Source: a virus
Taxonomy: Duplodnaviria > Heunggongvirae > Uroviricota > Caudoviricetes
Reading direction: 5' to 3' (one strand)
DNA length: 64,000 bases
IMG/VR virus record: IMGVR_UViG_3300029288_000059
Coordinates: 1 to 64,000 of that record
Shown here: piece after piece, positions 59,178 to 64,000 of the stretch
Position numbering within the stretch: the stretch's first letter is position 1
How the letters are laid out: each line of letters begins with the position of its first letter
Notes under the pieces: model-generated
Told to the model about the DNA's origin: nothing
The model's database searches: none
Seen by the model: the letters and a program-made list of their open reading frames with translations, nothing else
Translations under genes and position numbers: made by a program

Positions 59178-60098
59178 TTGAAGAAAGAACAGTTTTTATG
59201 GGTTGAAAAGTATCGTCCTAAAACATTAGAAGATTATGTTTTCAAAGATGACAATGTTAAGAAAACAGTTGAACAATGGATTCATTCTAAAGACATTCCT
59301 CATATTTTGTTATATGGGCCACCAGGTACAGGTAAGTCTGCATTAATTAATATATTAAAACAAGATTTGGGTTTAGAAGACATATTAGAAATTAATGCAT
59401 CTAATGAAACCAGTATTGATGTTATACGTACTAAGGTTATGAATTTCATTCAAACAATGAGTTTTCAACCATATAAAGTAGTAATCTTAGAAGAAGCTGA
59501 GATGATTAGTCCAAACGGACAAGCAGCATTAAAACGTCCTATGGAAGAATATGCTTCTAGTGTCCGATTTATATTAACGTCTAATAATGTTAATAGGATT
59601 GACCCTGCTATTCGGTCACGTTTACAAGCGATTCATATTGATAGACAAGACGAGTTATCATTTAAGATTCGTGCTGTTCAAATACTTGCAGAAGAAGGTG
59701 TTAATTTTACAGAAGAAACATTGGATGCATATATGAGGGCATCATATCCCGATATGCGGAAAATGATTAACTCCTTACAATTGAACTGTGTCGATGGTGT
59801 GTTATTATCCTCTACTAGTAGTGATGTAAGTACATCGGATTATCAGTTACAGGCAGTTGAATTATTCAAAGCTAATAAAATACAAGAAGCAAGAAAACTT
59901 ATCTGTGCCAATATCAAACAAGAAGAATATGAAGAATTCTATCGTTTCTTGTATCGTAACTTAGATTTGTTTGCTGCCGATGAAACTAAACAAAACGAGG
60001 CATTAATTATTATCAACCAAGGATTACTTGATAATACAATTACGGCTGACTCCGAGATTAATTTATCCGCTACATTAGTTAAGTTGGGAATGCTTTAA
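59178..60098 (+). CDS. clamp-loader AAA+ subunit (gp44/RFC-like)
   Basis: WVEKYRP, GPPGTGKS, INAS, SRL, PDMR; promoter TTGACT..TATAAT at ~59115. Confidence 0.92.
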   Translation: MKKEQFLWVEKYRPKTLEDYVFKDDNVKKTVEQWIHSKDIPHILLYGPPGTGKSALINILKQDLGLEDILEINASNETSIDVIRTKVMNFIQTMSFQPYKVVILEEAEMISPNGQAALKRPMEEYASSVRFILTSNNVNRIDPAIRSRLQAIHIDRQDELSFKIRAVQILAEEGVNFTEETLDAYMRASYPDMRKMINSLQLNCVDGVLLSSTSSDVSTSDYQLQAVELFKANKIQEARKLICANIKQEEYEEFYRFLYRNLDLFAADETKQNEALIIINQGLLDNTITADSEINLSATLVKLGML

Positions 60099-60100
60099 TA

Positions 60101-60535
60101 ATGGATAATTCACAAGAAGAATCAAACGATTCACATTTCACAGTATGTAAATGTTATGTTAGTGCAGTCCAAGAAGCTGAAACTATGCAATTTAAAACTT
60201 GTATAGAACTATTTGGTATGGATATAATAACTCAAACAATGAAAACTAATAACCTATACATACCTAAACTGTTTAGTAATTGGGCTAAGGCAATTCTTTA
60301 TGGACTCGATGTAGTTGAGATGTTACAGTATCCATTAGAATGCATTGTGGAGGGTGATTGTTCAGATTATTTCCAAGTAGTTTATTTCAATCCATCCACC
60401 CAACAAGGTGAACCTATCATTAAGAAAGTATTAAATACAAAGGCAATGAGTTTAGTATCATTAGATGATTTAGCTATTGGATTACCTAATAGTAAAAAAC
60501 ATCTAGTACATCGTTCTAATCAATCAGTAAATTAA
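60101..60535 (+). CDS. hypothetical protein
   Basis: ORF in operon. Confidence 0.6.
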   Translation: MDNSQEESNDSHFTVCKCYVSAVQEAETMQFKTCIELFGMDIITQTMKTNNLYIPKLFSNWAKAILYGLDVVEMLQYPLECIVEGDCSDYFQVVYFNPSTQQGEPIIKKVLNTKAMSLVSLDDLAIGLPNSKKHLVHRSNQSVN

Positions 60536-60542
60536 GGAGTTA

Positions 60543-60830
60543 ATGTTAATGGAAAATTTAACTAAGTTTGAATTTAAGGCTAAGACGGCGTATTTAATCG
60601 TCACACAACGGATAGTTACACAGAATCGTGTTCCTAGTATAGTGGAAGATGTCAACGCCTGTACGAACATTAAAACACATAATTTACAAGAAGGTTGGGT
60701 CATACTAGACTTGAAACATGGTAAAGTAATTAAAAATCGTATGGCTGATACTAAAGAAAAAGTTTATAATTACTATACTGATAAGTATGTTACTGAGATT
60801 AAACAACTTCAAGCAGAAGTTAATAAGTAA
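60543..60830 (+). CDS. hypothetical protein
   Basis: AAGGAG RBS. Confidence 0.65.
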   Translation: MLMENLTKFEFKAKTAYLIVTQRIVTQNRVPSIVEDVNACTNIKTHNLQEGWVILDLKHGKVIKNRMADTKEKVYNYYTDKYVTEIKQLQAEVNK

Positions 60831-60832
60831 TT

Positions 60833-61075
60833 ATGTATCGAGTATTAGAACCATATACGTTGAGTACTCGTCATACTATTAGTGATGCTATATGGGATGA
60901 GAACGATGATGTATCAATGGAGGAACGATTAATTTCTAAATTGCTTCGTTGTCTTTATCAGCCAATAATACGAAACCCCATCATAAAGAATTCATGTAAC
61001 TTTATGGACAGTCATGGTATCTCAAGGCCTATTAAGTATTATCAGTATTATACGCAATCTTCCAATTTAAATTAG
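60833..61075 (+). CDS. RxLEPY-family protein (MYRVLEPY)
   Basis: Shared N-terminal motif; IKYY. Confidence 0.65.
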   Translation: MYRVLEPYTLSTRHTISDAIWDENDDVSMEERLISKLLRCLYQPIIRNPIIKNSCNFMDSHGISRPIKYYQYYTQSSNLN

Positions 61076-61409
61076 GGGTAAGTTCCTTAAATAACGTAAT
61101 GAACTTTTCCGGTTCATTTTTGTTAATTTTTAACAAACGAGTTTTTTTAATTACATTACCATCATCGTCCATAAATTTATTCTTCTTTGAATTGTAGATT
61201 GAACATATAGCAGTAGATGCATATATGTAATTGCCTCGTTGTCTTATCATATATATACTATTACGGTCTGATAGAACCATCATCTTTTGACGACCATTCC
61301 TTAACCATAACGATGCATATACATAACTATAATGGCTTGAGTCAAGTATATCTACCCACGTCGGTTGTTCATACATTGTGAATCTTTTAAAACTATTTGC
61401 AGAATACAT
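61032..61409 (-). CDS. hypothetical protein
   Basis: GGGGA RBS. Confidence 0.6.
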   Translation of the reverse strand: MYSANSFKRFTMYEQPTWVDILDSSHYSYVYASLWLRNGRQKMMVLSDRNSIYMIRQRGNYIYASTAICSIYNSKKNKFMDDDGNVIKKTRLLKINKNEPEKFITLFKELTPNLNWKIAYNTDNT

Positions 61410-61430
61410 CAGTCATCCCCATTATAGTAA

Positions 61431-61832
61431 TCATTTTTGGCACATTATAGCAGTTAATTCCTTCATTATCGATTTTTCATGTTTAGCGAAGTATGCTACT
61501 AATTTTTCTTTTGTATAACAAGGTCTATCTCTATGCCATTTACAACCATCATGAGTTGAATTGTCCGCCTCGAACGATTTAATAGTATCATATGCATTAA
61601 TGGTAATTGATGCTCCCTCATATCTACATCTTAATACTCTTGTATCAATAGTAAAATATATATATGGACCAAAGTCGTATTGTTCAAATTCTTCAATGCT
61701 TTCAAACGAAAGACAATCCTTGTCCGCAATATAACGTCTAAATACTCGTATAAATGTAGGTTTCATATTAGCATTGGTTTCTATAAACCCTGCCATCGCA
61801 TTGTTGTAGTTTTTGATAAATTCTTCACTCAT
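61431..61832 (-). CDS. hypothetical protein
   Basis: GGGGA RBS; divergent promoter region. Confidence 0.6.
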   Translation of the reverse strand: MSEEFIKNYNNAMAGFIETNANMKPTFIRVFRRYIADKDCLSFESIEEFEQYDFGPYIYFTIDTRVLRCRYEGASITINAYDTIKSFEADNSTHDGCKWHRDRPCYTKEKLVAYFAKHEKSIMKELTAIMCQK

Positions 61833-61894
61833 ATCATATCCCCAAATTAATTTATAATACTGTTATAACATACTTATTATTAAAATACAAGACA

Positions 61895-61923
61895 TTGACA
61901 AAAATAATTTAAAAGTTTATAAT
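61895..61923 (+). promoter_or_regulatory. consensus sigma70 promoter
   Basis: TTGACA-17-TATAAT. Confidence 0.8.
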
Positions 61924-61947
61924 GAGTTAACATTTAAAGGAGTTATA

Positions 61948-62709
61948 ATGAAAGCATATATTATATCTGATATTCATAGTGAGTTTTGTGAATCCAAAAT
62001 ATCAAAACAAAACAATATATTCAAACATATCATTATTCCTGACGATATAGATTTGGTTATAATTGCTGGTGATATATCAAACAACATAGAAGACCATAAA
62101 CAACTGTTTAAACAAATCAAACAACCAATCGTCTTTGTAGCGGGTAATCATGAATTCTATAAACGGGAATATTATCAACAAATCCAGGAACTGGAATCAC
62201 TTAATAGTGATAATGTACATTTCTTAAACAATAGTACGTTTGAGATGAATGGTACAACGTTTGTTGGTGGGACATTATGGACTGATATGAGACTAACAAA
62301 TTCTCAATCTCTTCATTTACAACTCGGTAAAAAGTATATGAACGATTTTAGAATCATTCGTTATGCACAAGGGACATTGACCCCAGATGATACTTTATTA
62401 TTACATAATACGACGATAGATTGTATTAGACAGACATTGATTAAAAAAGATAATGTTGTAATAGTAACCCATCATGGTATGTGTCCAAGAAGTATTGATA
62501 TTGATTATAAAGGTGATTTTTCTAATGATTACTATGTTAGTGATTATGATTCTTTAATTAGAGAATATAGCCCTAAAGCAGTAATACATGGTCATGTTCA
62601 TACTCCATTTAGATATAATATTGGTTATACGGAATTACTATGTAATCCGATGGGTTATTATGGTGAAAGAAAAGATACAACAGTCGTACCAATGATATTG
62701 GATTTTTAA
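61948..62709 (+). CDS. calcineurin-like metallophosphoesterase
   Basis: SDIH, AGDI, GNHE, THH, HGHVH. Confidence 0.9.
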   Translation: MKAYIISDIHSEFCESKISKQNNIFKHIIIPDDIDLVIIAGDISNNIEDHKQLFKQIKQPIVFVAGNHEFYKREYYQQIQELESLNSDNVHFLNNSTFEMNGTTFVGGTLWTDMRLTNSQSLHLQLGKKYMNDFRIIRYAQGTLTPDDTLLLHNTTIDCIRQTLIKKDNVVIVTHHGMCPRSIDIDYKGDFSNDYYVSDYDSLIREYSPKAVIHGHVHTPFRYNIGYTELLCNPMGYYGERKDTTVVPMILDF

Positions 62710-62710
62710 G

Positions 62711-63046
62711 ATGAGAGAATTTATTGTAGATGTTAGCCATGATGACAATGTGAATGTTTGGGTAGCTAAATGTGATGAGATTCCAGCCATAACCGAATCT
62801 ACTACATTAGATGTATTATATGAACAATTCGCCACGATGGCATCAGAAATAGCCGTATTAAATAAATTGGTTGATAAGATAGAAGATGCGGTCTTTAAAT
62901 ACGAAGGATATGTCATAAACGAAAGTGATGTAGAATTGGCTAAATTCAATCGTGAGTTTATATCACAACAAAAGAGTTTAGATGGTGATTTATTAAAAGT
63001 GATGATAGATAACCGTTATGATTTGTATGAACGTGCCGAAGAATGA
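62711..63046 (+). CDS. DUF1902/HicB-like protein
   Basis: V....D....VWVA..D.IP..TE..TLD.L. Confidence 0.65.
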   Translation: MREFIVDVSHDDNVNVWVAKCDEIPAITESTTLDVLYEQFATMASEIAVLNKLVDKIEDAVFKYEGYVINESDVELAKFNREFISQQKSLDGDLLKVMIDNRYDLYERAEE

Positions 63047-63270
63047 TTAGAGGGCTATCACCATATAAGGAAGAATGTGATGAACTAATTAACTTAGAAG
63101 TTCATAATGATTTTTATCTTCGTGATGTAATATTAGAATATAACGGTAGAAATGTTATTTTGCGGGGTAGTTTGATAATAGTTAGTGCTATAAGACTCGG
63201 ACAGGACCGTAAAAGGTTTAAGTTTTCCAAGTCATGGTTGTATGATTTTAGTATGAGGATGTTCCAATGA
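63043..63270 (+). CDS. RxLEPY-family protein (MIRGLSPY)
   Basis: Shared N-terminal motif; FKF. Confidence 0.62.
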   Translation: MIRGLSPYKEECDELINLEVHNDFYLRDVILEYNGRNVILRGSLIIVSAIRLGQDRKRFKFSKSWLYDFSMRMFQ

Positions 63271-63527
63271 AAATTAATAACTTATATGAAGAAATAGTTG
63301 AAGATGGGAAATTAGTTATCGTGATAACTAAAGGCCCTCATACAAATACAAGATTGATAATTAAAGATATGGTAATGGATAATGACGGGGTTGATTGTAC
63401 TGTCGATTACGAATATAAGGCAACGCACAACCCTAGTTTAAAACTTTATCAATCAATACTATCAAATGTTATTAATGATATGTTACTAAAATCGATTAAT
63501 GAAGTTGAACATAAGATGAGTGAGTAA
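63267..63527 (+). CDS. hypothetical protein
   Basis: Coupled ORF. Confidence 0.6.
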   Translation: MKINNLYEEIVEDGKLVIVITKGPHTNTRLIIKDMVMDNDGVDCTVDYEYKATHNPSLKLYQSILSNVINDMLLKSINEVEHKMSE

Positions 63528-63783
63528 ATTAATGTATCGATTCTTGGAATCTTATTTTAGTGAACGGATGTATTGTGATGAACGTACCGTATTTAGATGT
63601 GATAAGAACAAAACATTATCTACTAGTTTATACGTTCGTAATATAACAGATGGTTCGTGTAGTAACATAATATATAGAAAGACATTTAGCGTTGACTTTA
63701 ATACAACATATAATTTAGATTCAAACTATAAGTATTCACTAAGAGTATTATCATATTTAAAAGGTAGAGTTGAACTCGGCTAG
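63520..63783 (+). CDS. RxLEPY-family-like protein (MYRFLESY)
   Basis: Variant N-terminal motif. Confidence 0.55.
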   Translation: MSKLMYRFLESYFSERMYCDERTVFRCDKNKTLSTSLYVRNITDGSCSNIIYRKTFSVDFNTTYNLDSNYKYSLRVLSYLKGRVELG

Positions 63784-63988
63784 GCAATATAAGGATATTG
63801 AAATGAAAGTAATACTATGCACGTTATTAATGTTTATACCCTCAACAACCTCTATACTCGCAGCTGCATGGCTGTCTTATCATGATAAGACAGGATGGGG
63901 GTGGTTTATATTTACTGCAATATTAACTTATGGTGGTAGTATTAAATTTTCAGACGATAAGACGGATAATAGTGATGATGCAAATTAG
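63770..63988 (+). CDS. small membrane protein
   Basis: Two hydrophobic segments, GWGWF. Confidence 0.6.
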   Translation: MNSARQYKDIEMKVILCTLLMFIPSTTSILAAAWLSYHDKTGWGWFIFTAILTYGGSIKFSDDKTDNSDDAN

Positions 63989-64000
63989 AGGTCTTGAACC
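63975..64000 (+). CDS. start of another RxLEP-family gene (MMQIRGLEP), truncated by the window end
   Basis: ATG ATG CAA ATT AGA GGT CTT GAA CC. Confidence 0.55.

Noticed and set aside
520-62949. Numerous antisense or nested ORFs in the track (e.g. 520-825, 16790-17239, 35366-35770, 45717-46190, 51071-51565)
   Set aside because: Shadow frames of longer, motif-bearing genes on the opposite strand
1-64000. tRNA or rRNA genes
   Set aside because: No cloverleaf with T-loop GTTCRA and acceptor stem recognised by eye; tRNAscan-SE/ARAGORN would be needed to exclude them formally

Overview
AT-rich segment of a large T4-related (jumbo-type) myophage, standard genetic code. It carries virion genes: Ig-repeat proteins, a 2254-aa baseplate-type protein, tailspike, gp26/51-like hub chaperone, tape-measure-like protein, portal gp20, gp5-like spike, and gp53/gp48-like proteins. 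Replication, repair and transcription genes include Dda helicase, DEDDh exonuclease, gp55 late sigma, gp47/gp46, a DnaE fragment and clamp loader. Also present are a GroES-like chaperonin, Hsp20, a GH24 lysozyme and two DNA methyltransferases. Promoters are sigma70-like (TTGACA/T) or T4-late-like ((TA)TAAATA). Most notable items: (1) a 2.5-kb ORF-free island (26430-28930) holding an ~800-nt densely structured, G.U-rich candidate giant ncRNA behind late promoters, followed by an origin-like hairpin/repeat tract; (2) a family of about 12-13 small, highly diverged ORFs sharing an N-terminal R-x-L-E-P-Y motif, apparently related to the LRR module of two inverted PcfJ-LRR paralogues; (3) putative prohead-protease-cleaved polyproteins, one carrying an ADP-ribosyltransferase-like domain; (4) a moron flanked by an 85-bp duplication that rebuilds a gene start; (5) a ROSE-like thermometer on hsp20; (6) a -1 slippery site joining two baseplate/tail chaperone ORFs. 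All assignments come from motif recognition by eye; no database searches were run.
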